Part shown: in pieces, positions 1-12,076 of the stretch
How positions within the stretch are numbered: position 1 is the first letter of the stretch
How the letters are laid out: each line of letters begins with the position of its first letter
Assembly: GCA_904063045.1 (NCBI GenBank)
Contig: CAJFCJ010000019.1
Span: forward strand, 62,001-126,000
Source: Dimorphilus gyrociliatus
Lineage: Eukaryota > Animalia > Annelida
Length of the DNA: 64,000 nucleotides
Direction: 5' to 3'
The notes under the pieces: generated by a model
Told to the model about the DNA's origin: nothing
The model's input: only the letters and a program-made list of their open reading frames with translations
The model's database searches: none
Made by a program: the position numbers and the translations under genes

Positions 1-2914
1 AGGAGACGAAGTTTGTTGGTCAAGTTCAACCAGAGGATGTAAAAATAGAAAGTTGAAGGTCGTTGTGAGGCTTATTGAAAGTAAATTCTCTAGCCCCTTT
101 GCAGCATTGAAGAAGTTTTAAATGTTTACAAATCGCTTTATATCAATGAAATGTATCTCTTTTTTCTTCGATTGCTTGCAAAGCCGATTAAATCATCCTT
201 TCGCTACTTAATTAGAAGTTTTTCATTTATTTGCTCTAAATATCTATCTACATGTGCCGCTTAATTCGTGTCCTCTTTCTCGGAAATGAAATAGAAAGCT
301 TTTCAATTACCTCACAAAGTCCACAACTACTCCTACTTTTAACTCGTTTCTATTTACTATGAAACTATAAACGCTATTCCACTATCTCATCGTTCAAGTT
401 TTCATTTAAATTACTTATAACAGTGTATTTCTTTTCTTTATATTTGTTGTGATCTTTTTTCAAACTAATACTACTAAAACAAAAAACAAAGAGAAAATTT
501 CGGGCTATTTTCTATTATTTCTGGAATCTAAACAACAATATCTATAAAAGGATATTCTTTTTATACCTTTTTATTTGCGTTTTATTTGCTTTTTTAGTTG
601 TTTTATACAGATATTTACTAATGCAGACCTTTGAATTGTTACATTTTTTGCAATAAATCCATAGTTAAAGCTGTGTACACCTAATTTTCGGCTATTTACC
701 GGTTAATTAGTTGACGCTAATTGAATAGGGTCAATCTGTCAATTAAGTTTGAAGGAAAAGTGAAGGTTATGATAGATATAAAAGCCATCTTGTGGCTCCA
801 TCTACTGATATTCCATTGTTCAAGCGAAAAGTTCACTGTAGGGGGGGGTGGAGAGGTGAAGAAGAAAGAAAGAGAATTTTTTTATCTATATAACTATATA
901 TATTAAATAATCAGCTAAGGAACGACATATGGTTTTTTTGTTGTTGTAAATTTATATCAATTTACAAAGGGGGTTCAATAAGATTGAGATTTTATTCTTC
1001 TCAGCTACTTATCTATATACAAAAACAAAAAACTCCTTTGAAGTAGTCAGTAATAAGCTTACGCAATTGAATTAGCGCTTTAGTGGGACATTGTTAGCCC
1101 TTTTTGACTCATACAGGTCCCTAACTGCCATCACCGGGTGACAAGTAGCCTGTTAATTAACTAAAGGCTAATTAGGTCTTTATTTATAAAAAAAAAGAAG
1201 AAAAAAGACGGAATTTTTTCTTTTTTTGAGCTCTGAACGAAAAAAGAAAGGATGAAAGGAGGAAGAGAGATAAAAAGAATAATAAAAAATAAAGTTTTAC
1301 AGGTATTCGGAAATAAGATAGAATCGATGAAATCAAAGGGAAAAATTGAAGCGAGTGGAAAAAAATCGTATTGGGAACTTTTTTTCAAAACCGGTTTCCT
1401 CTTTCTCAAACGACACCTGGTTCATTATGCATGACACGTTAAAACTACCAACGATTTGTTTGCCCAAAACGACGCTTATACAATTATACGATAATTATAA
1501 GCATATAAATCGATTGTGTCGTGACCGAAGTAAACTTTTGACAGAATGTTCGATTGAGGAGCATATAGGGAGAGCTAATGATTTTCGCTTTTCCTTGTGT
1601 ATTGTAAAGTTTTCTAGAAGCGTCTTACATAGAATAGAAGCAGGAAGAGAGTGATATAACGTATACATTATAAAAATTGTCCGGACGTCGCGATCGTGAC
1701 GGTAGTCGATTAGAATATTTGACGAGTATGTCCCAAAAAAAAAACTACTGATAGATTGACAGTTTTATTACGATTGTTCAATTATTCGTTTTCCGTTTGC
1801 GTGCCATTTGTATAGGAAGTATTTTATGTTTAACTATTAATAGTGAGAATAGGTATACAGTTTCCCCTCCCCCCTACTAGAATAAGTGAAAAGGCAAAAG
1901 ATTACTTATGAAAAACAATGACAGCTTCTTGAAAAATTTATCGAACTAGAATAAATACGACAGACTGTATGCGTATGCATTATAAAATGCAAATAACGCG
2001 TGACAGTTGACCACCTACGTTGATCAGGCAAACAGTTGACCACCGACCAGCGTTGACACGCGAAACCTAAACAATAATTAGCAGCCAGGAACGTTGTTAT
2101 CTGCTGAGTTTACGTAATAAACAATATCTGCCACTCTAACCCAAGTACTAGGTTGGGAGAGTGTTTGCTCATCAGTCGAGTGACAACATCCTTTGTTGGC
2201 CTGCTCCTTTAATGAACATGTGCCAGTTGTCGTCTTTTCGCTAGTGTTATGCGGAAGCACGAAGCTACCTGTCGCTTCTTTTCTTTAGTAAAAAAAAGCA
2301 CCACTTAGCCCTTAATCATATTTAATTCGCGTCTACCTTTTTGCTCGTTAAAGCCGTGCCGATAAAGAGTTTTTTCCTATGCTTCAATTTCTTTTCTCTT
2401 AGCCTCCTACCTGTTCTTTCATTTCTTTTTTTTTACTTACAAATTCCCTCCGGTCTTTTGATGTACGCCGCCCTAATAGACCCGAAATCACTTAATAGTG
2501 TTTAGAAAAACGTTCAGGCGTAGAAAGTTTGGTCGATCAGGGATTTCGGGAGTTTTTTTGTAATTCGAACTTTATATTAAGTAGCCTCCGAATAAAAAAA
2601 ACGCCAGCTGCGATCTACTCTCGTATACAAGAACCTTGACTTTAACGCCAATCTCCCTGGCACCTGGCGGGTAAATATTCAAACTTAATTTCCTTTAACT
2701 CAAAAGGAAAATATCTTTATTGAAAATCTTTTTTTAGTCTTTTTTAATGTTTTGTTTATATTCCTTTTTTTGTGAATGGGAGTCGTCTATAAATAGTAAA
2801 AAACTGAAAAGTGACGGGTTAGTAGGCCTTAGAATTAGGAAAAAAGCTTACAAATATTTAACGAAAAAGTCAAGCGCGTGCCAAGTAAAACATTTCCTAT
2901 GCATTTGTAAACGA

Positions 2915-2976
2915 CCAATCAGCATCGAGTTATGCCAGGCGTCTAACCAATGAGCGATTTCCAGAGGGTTTATAAG
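2915..2976 (+). promoter_or_regulatory. Pol II core promoter: two CCAAT boxes and a TATA-like element
   Basis: CCAAT at 2915-2919 (gaCCAATcag) and 2947-2951 (aaCCAATgag), 32 bp apart. TATAAG at 2971-2976, about 60 bp upstream of the ATG at 3034. Confidence 0.55.
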
Positions 2977-3033
2977 GTTTTGCACCCTGGTGGAAATAGC
3001 CATAGGAGCTATTGTACTCGAGCAGGAGCGATC

Positions 3034-3963
3034 ATGGGAAACTCTGTACAAGCAGCAAATAATAAACGAAATTCCCACCTCGATAGCTCTCAGCATGTTT
3101 ATGAAGAGATCGAGGAGGGAAAATTGGATCCAACCGTTGTGAAAAGATGCAAATGCACTACTTGTTCCCACACAAGATATGGTAGACTGCCGCCCAGAAG
3201 GATAACTGATAAAGCTATTGATAGAAAACGAAAGAAGATTAAAGAAAAAAAATCTACAGCATCATCTTTAAACCCTTCGTCGTCTGCAGTTGAGAAGAAA
3301 AAGAATGACAATATTACACGTCTTGAAAACGATTATGGATTTTTCGATTTTCTGGAACCCAAAGGGCAACAACGTCGGCGTTTACAAAGGGTTTTACAAC
3401 GGCCAACGGCCCCCGACAATTGCGATGTTGAAGTGGAAGAGATTTACGAGACATCTAGAGAGCTTCGTGCCTTTTGGAAGAACCACGACAGTAAAGAATT
3501 AAAAAACTATAACTCATCCTCTTCGACTGTTTCTTCTGGCGTTGATTGCGGCAGTGATTCAACGGATACTTCCACTGACTCCGGCATACGCCTATTTTCT
3601 GACAGACTGGCTGAGGAATGTGTAAGGGTCAGTCCGATCGGTCACGAATACGAAAACGTTAAAAAACCCATTAGAAAACCACAGCCATCCTCGTCATACT
3701 CTTCGTCTACGTCATCATCGTCATTTTCTTCCTATCCGCAAAGCTATCGTCATCATTCTCACAAGTTACGAAGGGAAGCGGAAACGGGAAGAGATAACGG
3801 GAGGAAAGTGTGTAAATCCACCGCTAAAAGCAACTCTTTGTCCGATATTGACAGTGTCTACTCTTCACTGTCCAGTCAAACTTGCCGAAAAAAATTACAA
3901 AGGAATGAATTACTCTACGATTTACTATCCACAAACTTCGACCGCCAAAGCTGGCTATTATGA
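3034..3963 (+). CDS. Intronless uncharacterised Ser-rich, probably disordered protein with several tyrosine motifs
   Basis: 337-codon ORF (opens at 2950) in AT-rich DNA. The ATG at 3034 has strong context (atcATGG) and lies downstream of the CCAAT/TATA elements, giving an MGNSV start. No folded domain recognised. Confidence 0.7.
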   Translation: MGNSVQAANNKRNSHLDSSQHVYEEIEEGKLDPTVVKRCKCTTCSHTRYGRLPPRRITDKAIDRKRKKIKEKKSTASSLNPSSSAVEKKKNDNITRLENDYGFFDFLEPKGQQRRRLQRVLQRPTAPDNCDVEVEEIYETSRELRAFWKNHDSKELKNYNSSSSTVSSGVDCGSDSTDTSTDSGIRLFSDRLAEECVRVSPIGHEYENVKKPIRKPQPSSSYSSSTSSSSFSSYPQSYRHHSHKLRREAETGRDNGRKVCKSTAKSNSLSDIDSVYSSLSSQTCRKKLQRNELLYDLLSTNFDRQSWLL

Positions 3964-6076
3964 AAAATATTTTCTAATAGGAAACTTTACTACTACCTCG
4001 TTTCTTGACATTAATCATTCAGTGACCCCTCCCTCTACCTCACCCCCCCTCCTCTCTACTCCTCTCCCTTCTTTCTCTCTATCGCCTTACTAAGCGACCT
4101 TCTCGTCGCCTTTGAGAAAGAATACCGTTGTCATTCCGTTCAAGCTTTTAATCGTTCCTTTGTACCATTTATGTTTTTATATCATTATTATCAATATTTA
4201 TAATTGTTATATGTTAAACGTTGTCATATGTAAATAGAATTTTTAAATATAATGGAAAATTTAAAGAAATCAAAGAATGTTATTTATCTAACTAGCACTC
4301 TTGATAGTTTAGTATATATACAAGCTCCATTATGATCAGGCTACTCATTCACAATTCTTCAGCGCCCTCTTTCCTGGTCGTTAAACTCGGATTAAATCAC
4401 CTAGGCCTTCTGTTATGCTTTGTTATAAACATCTACTAAGGTATTAGTTATATATATAAAGTATACAAATATATTGTTTTTTTACTCCATTTACTTCACA
4501 TTATTACTCCGTTCCTTTACTTCGATATTCGTGGGCAAATAGTAGGATACAAAGGATACATTTAGAAATCAAACATGTATATGGGAGGCTATTAGAAAGG
4601 CCATTGATTCCGGTAGACGCTCGATAATTGTTTTACAGCTCGCCTAATAAAATCTGCAAAGCGTTTTAGGGATCGTCAAGGGGCGGATTAAAGGGAGAAC
4701 CAAAACAAAAGTTCGCTCCTTCCACTTCTCTCTCTCTCTCTCTTTTACATTCCCCTCCGGGGCCACCTTGGTGGTGTGTGCAACAATTGGCGTAAGTCAT
4801 ACCATAAGGTGCATCTGTTCAACGTAAAAAAAACTAATGTTATACAGCAATCTATTCTTCCTTAATCATTAGCAGATAATCGCTAACGATAAGGGAATTC
4901 TTATGTCCTCCTCGGGTTGACGATGATGTATCTGCGTGATTCTTGTCGAGTAATTTGATGCACCTGTCGTTTCCATTATGTATTATGGATCTTGAATATG
5001 CTGTACACGTAAACTGTACATACGTAAGAGAGAATATACTCTCTACTGTATACTTATATTCTTAGAGTCCTTTTATACCTTGATGGTTTCCCAAATGACC
5101 CTTAATTAATGGTGATTCCCGTTCGTTTCAAGTTTCCGTAGGTCGATTAGAACGAATTATGAGATGAGGAGAATACCCAGAGGCATTTTTGAATAAATAA
5201 AAACACCGTTTGAAATTAAAACCCACGTCAATCGAACTTTATCGACTTTAGTTGGTACAGAACAAAGTCTATTGATGAGATTATTGAACAGTTGCTACCC
5301 TTGTTTTTTTCTCCCTCATTGTTTTTCTTCCTTACCATTATCAATTTAATTGTAAGTAAAAGTTGTATGAAAGGGAAATAGATGAACTGCACGAAAAATT
5401 TACTGGTTGAATAAATTTAAAAAGAAAAAGCAAAATATCAGTTAATATATACAAATGAGAAAGTTTTAATGAATTTTTAAACGTCTCCTGTTCTCATTAA
5501 GTACTATTAAAGGTTATATACATTCTACAAGCACTTAGAGTAGACGATCGCCGTCTACTGTAATTAAAATAGTTCACGTCCGTTTTTGACCTATGCCAAG
5601 AGGAATTTTTTTTGTACATATCCAATTTTTTCCCTACCTCCTATGCTCTTGCCCTTTTACCAACTTGGGTCCATTGTATTAGCTTCATTATACGATTGAA
5701 ACACTCCCGTTCCTTACGCCTAATATGCAATTATTATATATTATATGTTTTTAAAGCCCTATTCAAAAAAGGTGGCCATTAAGGCACCTTTGTTAAGAGC
5801 TTTTTTTTATTTTTTAACTGTTATAAGAGAAGTTGTGTTTACACGTTCTACTAGACTACTATATATAGTCTGCAGAACACGCTGAGTAGAATAATAACAA
5901 AGCCGGATGACACATGAAAGACTGTGGAACGGTGCGTGACCGCTAAGGTAGCCCTATAATACAGTGTCTTCGGTCGGTTCATCCTTCTTCCCCTTTGTGA
6001 TTAAAGTCGACGTCCCGGACCTGCTGAGAAGATGATAAAAGGGCTAAAGTTTAGGGCGCACGCTTCCATCCAGTTA

Positions 6077-6948
6077 TGACGTCACTTATTTTAATTGACC
6101 GGGAAATGTTGAAAATTAACGCCGAAGGCTATAGAGGGAAGCAGATGTCAAATAAATTTTAGCATAATTATATAGCCTTGGTTATAAGTTATAGGCTTTA
6201 AGAGAACTGGGATTGGAGACTGTACTCAACCTCCCCCAAAGCAATGCCCCTTAACCTCCTTCCTTTCGAAATTGAGCAAAAAACGCCCTCATCCAACTTG
6301 GAATAATCGAGACGGTCCCACAACGAAATTAATTAAGGACGCAACCTTTTAAAATATTTATAAGAACACCGACGAAGCGTTCAAAGGTTTCGGCGGTAAT
6401 ATTTGATGTTAACAAATCAAGCTAATCGTTATGCAAAGTCGTTCAAGTCGGTATCTTTTAATCGTAGTTGAACGAGTTAGGCTCTGTACCGTATTCAACC
6501 TAAACGCACTCAACGGCAATTAGCAACGTGTTCTACGTCGACTGATGACGTCATGCCTTGCGATGGGTATCGACCATCAAAGAGAACGCGTGCTACGGGC
6601 AACGTCCGGTATACTTTCTAAAATAAGAACGCCTTATAACATTATATAAATACGATATAGTGATATTGTATACAATATATATATACATTTTCAGTATATA
6701 ATCAAGTATGTAATTGTCAATTCTCAACGGCACGAACCGAAATCTTTATTTAAATAATCGACCGGACCACACAAATACATAAACACACCGCGTAACTGTT
6801 TTCCCCGTGGCAGATGTTCATTTCTCACTACAATTTCAATAGCTTTTGCATATAAACACTAGATGCGACAAAAACAACTCAAGTAACGTTTGCCTTTTCG
6901 CATAACTCTAAAGGGGAGGAGGGGGGGAACCCTTTTGCGCTTACGTCA
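6077..6948. promoter_or_regulatory. Cluster of CRE-type bZIP sites
   Basis: Palindromic TGACGTCA at 6077-6084 and 6546-6553. TTACGTCA variant at 6941-6948. Confidence 0.35.
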
Positions 6949-9900
6949 CTGGAATAAAACGGCTTAACAGAGTTGTTTATTGTTTGCTAATGGGCTGGAG
7001 GTGACTTTGAAACTACGCAATATCAAATTGCAAAATTGGAATAGAAAGACTGATAGATAGACATATAAGGAGATTGATTCAATTAGACGAGGTGGTTATG
7101 GGTTGACGATTGGGACAGGTGGATTGATTTCACGCTGCATTGAAAATAAGCAAGAGTATAGAAAGTGAAGAGTCGGATGAGTAAATATTAACGAAATAAG
7201 AAATCTACTTTCAAAGTCCTTTCTTAAACAACTATCCCTTATTCGTCGTATTGAAAAAAATACCTAATCCCTCCCGTATACACTAGTACTTTGGCGTTGG
7301 AATCGTTTAGAGCATGCAAGGCAAACAACAACGCCAGACGAATTGCTAACAGTTTTTTTCCATTTTAATTAAAGAAAGGAAACGAAAGAAAGTTGCAAAG
7401 AAAGTTCTTATTAATTCTTTAATGAATTATCTAGTAAAAAAAAAAGAACAAGTATACGAAATTGAATAGGAATTCAATAAAGGCTAAGGAAATTTATTCA
7501 TAAAATATAAATAGATGAACCTAACGAATAAACGCGACCTTTTCAATAATTAATACTTTTTGTAATTCGAGTGGGGAGAAAATATTAGCAATTGGCAACT
7601 TTCTATTATAAATATTGAAAAACCCTATTGAAAATTTTTTGGAAGAGAAGGTTGGAATAGTTCCCTTTTTTTAGTGGGGGTATTGACTTAAAATATACCT
7701 AGATAAGGGATGGAAGAAGATGGGGTCGTTGGGGGTTAAGGGGCCACGCGTCGGTCTTAAACTTGTGTTGTGATCGTTGAGGCGTAAGTCTAATCTCTTC
7801 ATTACCTTAAACAGGCGAATATTTAGGCGTATGTAGAGCGGTAAGAGAGAGAAAAAGAATGTTTGGAATGGAATTATAATAACCTCTCGTAGGGCCGGCC
7901 TTAGGCTGAAAGAGATCTTTGAGTAAATAATAACTGAATTCTATAGCGGAGTAATAAGTGTAAGGGCGAATAGAAAATTTACTTGTCCTCTATACGCATA
8001 TATAATAGACTTAGTGTAATTGTTGATATTCCACCTGAAAGAAAAGCCTACAATCGAATTGCACTTATCTATCCGACCCGTATTCTTAATGGTTCTGGAG
8101 GTATTCAAAAGTCTCAACTCCCACCCTTTTTCTACCTATGGTCTCTTTTCGAGAGAAAAGTTAATGTCCGATTAAGAGTTAGCTCCAAACACAACCAAAT
8201 GTTGGAGGGGGGTAAAGGAAGTTTGGGAAAAGATCGGCGAGCTAAATTGAGGATACGATCGAAAGTTGATAGCTGTTGGGGAGAGAGAGAGGATGACTGA
8301 GCACGGCAATCTATAATTTATAAGAAGAAGTATAAATTCCTCAACTAGTTTATGGGATAAAGAAAAAAAACGCTCATTTATACATCTAGATTTTTATCGA
8401 AGAATTAATCAGTAGAGAAAGACGAGCTTCCGGTCCCCGCCTACGGGGTTCAAGTCTCCTCTCTCTCCTACGATATAATTGTTCGATAACTCCTTAGCCT
8501 ATTGTATCTTTAAAAGTAACCGCTTATCTCTCTTCCTAGGCTATTCTAGCTATTTTTATATAATTTATCTATGTTGTAATTTGGAAATGTTCACGAGTTA
8601 TTCAAATTTATCTATATAAAGGGACTAAATTACAAAACCCGCATTTTTTCCCTATTTTCCAAAATTATTCCGTCATATGCTCCTCAATTCCCGCATCGTA
8701 GCAACGTAATTCAATATCGGCTTCCTTTATGTTCTAAATATACTAAATGTATTAATATAGTTGCTACTGGTAACAAAATTATTTATAAAGCACATTCAAC
8801 TTTTGGAATAAAGGTCAAATGCAAACGTTCAATACGCAATTTTTAGCCGCTTTTATTTGTTTGAATGCCGGTTCCTTTGTTTTCTTACCATCCGGTCGGT
8901 TAATTATCACCTCGTCTAGTTCCGCCACCATCGTGACACAACTTACCCTTGAGCAGGCTTTCTCCTCTTTCCGTTCCCTTTGCTCGACCGTCCCGCCCCC
9001 GGCCCTCAGGGCGATCCCCTTGCAAACGGAGGTTTTTCGGACAGCTGCCGGCGTTCAGATTTATTAGCGATCGCTTCCTTTTAGCCGCTTTTACGGCTTT
9101 TAAAAAAGGAAACAAAATTTCCATTCTTGCACCTGCGTACCGCTTAGAAAATGGGTGTTGATGGTGAGAGGTGAGGAAGGGAGGTACTAATGGCTAAATG
9201 AAGGAACGTACCGAAGATCCGCCTACGTACGTGCCGGTTAGAGGATGTCGTTATTAGTTCTGTCTATGTCGTCTGTTCTTTTAAGTCTTTCTCTTTTTTT
9301 TATCTTTCATCATTTCTAATATAGACGCTCGACGGCATCCGAACAAACGTCTTCCCATTTCTTAGGTAATCATTCGAGTTAAATTAACGCCCCGTAGGCT
9401 CTGTGATTGACGTTCTTTTTTCTTTCCCGCTACTTCAACCCTTTAAAAGAGCGACTTTATAATAGAAATTACGCAATATCACTGTAAAAACAACGACCGT
9501 TATAAGACCTTTTAATTTCCTAACGATCAACTCGCCCTTTTTAAAGTCCCTTTGTTAGCTGTTGAACGAAATCGGAAATAGAGCGTCGAATGGGTTTCCC
9601 GTTTACGATGTTTTAGGTACGTTCGTTTTAATCCCTTTATTATTCTCCCTTTCATAATTCGATTTACGCCGACATAAAGCGTCTACCAGTTTTTTTCATA
9701 CAGTGAAACGCTCTAGGCGGCAGAAAGTGGCGGTTTTTGTAAAGGAAGCAAAAGCGTCTCTTGAGTACGCCATTTGCTTCGCAAAGAAGTTTTCTCACCC
9801 TAATTCAAAAGGCTGGACTATACGGTTCTTATGATTTTCTCGTTACTCTAAACTTCCCCCCGTGACCATGTGCCGCGTGCGTTCGGCACCTGCCGCCCCA

Positions 9901-12064
9901 GGTTTTCAACGCCCTCGCGCCTTGAAATGACGCTTAGGGAGGCGTCGCGCTAGTTAAAAACGAACATATATCACGGACCTCTTTAAAATGTTCTTTGTAA
10001 GATTTAAACGGTAATATGCATCTTGCATATAATTCATGCAGTTCATATATGAAAAGGCAAAATACATCAACAAATTGTAATTTATAGCCGTCTGTATATT
10101 TATATAAAAAGGGGAATGAATTATAAGGGGAGAAAAGACGACGGGGGGCGTCTAAAGTATAATAACGTTCCTTACAAATGCGATACATACCGGATGGGAT
10201 TCGTATTATATTCCTAACGATCAGATATTGCACGTTAATTTTATTTCCCGCCAAAAGAACGTTGGCTACCAGGGTTAGACGTTCTTTAGAAAAAGAGAGG
10301 AAGGGTCTACCTACCCCCAAAAGTTTTCATAGTTTCGATTTTCGGTCCGGTTGCGCTGTAAATATTGCCCAGACTAAATGCAATCATATATATTATATCT
10401 GGACGTCTCCAATTTCGCAGTTACATTGATTCTTTGGGATAATCCTGTAAAATTAGACGTCATAACCTAGCTTTTGATACCTGATAAAAACGAGTGACGA
10501 GAAGGGATTAGGTGCGAAAGAAGGGTTAAGAAGAGAAGCAGTTGAGGGAGAAATCTACTCTTTCCTCACTTCTTTTCTTCTATTGTAGTATCTTTCACCT
10601 TCCCATATTAGTGTACGGTCAAACGATTTTCAATACGTTGTTTTTTTGTTCGCTTTGTAAACACCTTAGCAAACTTTTTTCTTCTCATTTTTCTTCCATA
10701 TCCAACAATTCCCTCTCTCTCTCTCTCTTTATCTTCTTTACTCATTACTTTCTTTTGTTTCAACCCATCTTAAATCCTCCTTGAAAATTGTTATCATCTC
10801 TTCTACTTTCTCCCTTTTTCACAACAAATCGTAGTCGGAGATAAGTGATTTCCTCTTTTTATTTATTTCGTTTACAGTTGAGTACGTCAATCAACGCTCA
10901 ATAGCGTTTATTTCTCTAAGCGGCGTCGATTTTATTTTCTCAACCGACTGACTGAAAACGTTTTCTATTCTTTCTTTTTTACGCTCGCAAACATTATAGA
11001 TTTTCTAATACTATTTATGGATATGTACAAAAATTGCGAGTAAACTTATAGGGGAATGATAATTGAATACGAAAGCGTTTGTTTAGTTTGTTACAATTGT
11101 TTATTACCTAACTAATATACGTTTCGTAATAAACCTTTTTAAATACTCCATTAAATCCCTGTTAATATCCCCTTATTGGCAGTAAATCAACTATGAATAA
11201 AGGTATACAAATGTCTTCTTTTCGTACTAAAAAACAAAGTCCATATAAATCTTGCTTCCACAACAAGTCGTCTATTGTCCAGTCTGATTACGTAATATTA
11301 TCTCAGTTATCGTGCCATCGCAAGGAATTTTATTCCTATCGCAATATCTCATAATTTCCCGCAACGTTACTCTCGCCCATCGGCTGGTACTTTTCCAATA
11401 GACTTTTCTCGGCTCTCGGCTAGAAGTCCGCCCCCTTCTGTTTCGTTGAGTTTCTTTTTTACCTTGAGGCATCGTCATCGACGTTCTTAAGTAGGCGAAG
11501 GGGGTGGATCACTTTTACAAGTTCTTACCTTCTTGTTTTTACAATGGATGTCTTTAAAAAGTTTCGTAATGACACTCGATTCCATTCTATTCAAAAACTA
11601 ACTCGATCAATTTTCTTTTTCACCTTTTTTTTTATTATCTTGAATACTGTATATCATTTGAATTCAAATTTTTTTTATTTCCCTATGCACTATCTACCCG
11701 TTGAATCAAAAGTAGGGCGGGCTTGTAACCTCTTTGTAAAAAACCTCCTCCCCTCTTTTACTTGGACGGTTAATGTCAAAGAAAGGGAAAGACGGGAGAA
11801 GAAGGAGTCAATTATAAATAGTATTCATTATTCTACCCGTATAAGGGGGGAATCCTTCTGTTTTCTTATCACCACTCCAGGAGAGGAGGGCGTCTAAATC
11901 TTGAATGCTTTGATTCAACCTTTTAAGAGTTATCATCTTAAATTCATCAAAGTCTGGAAAGAATCATTTAGATGAGGGAAAAGATAGAGAATCTCTCAAG
12001 AAAAAAGAATCAAAGGGTGAAAAAAGACATTCGAGAATAATTAGCGTTTGTTTGTGACTACTTG

Positions 12065-12076
12065 GCCATCTAGTGG
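12065..12076 (-). promoter_or_regulatory. Candidate CTCF site
   Basis: The reverse complement reads CCACTAGATGGC, a full match to the CTCF core consensus CCRCYAGRKGGC. Confidence 0.4.

Noticed and set aside
1082-1126. Possible pre-miRNA hairpin (gggac...gtccc)
   Set aside because: Only a short stem pairs, the inner region pairs poorly, and there is no match to a recalled mature miRNA.
8057-8066. AATTGCACTT, identical to the 5' end of miR-92
   Set aside because: The match stops after 10 nt and there is no flanking hairpin.
8430-8460. B-box-like GGTTCAAGTC next to a small CCCCG/CGGGG stem
   Set aside because: No cloverleaf or properly spaced A box, so it is not called as a tRNA or SINE.
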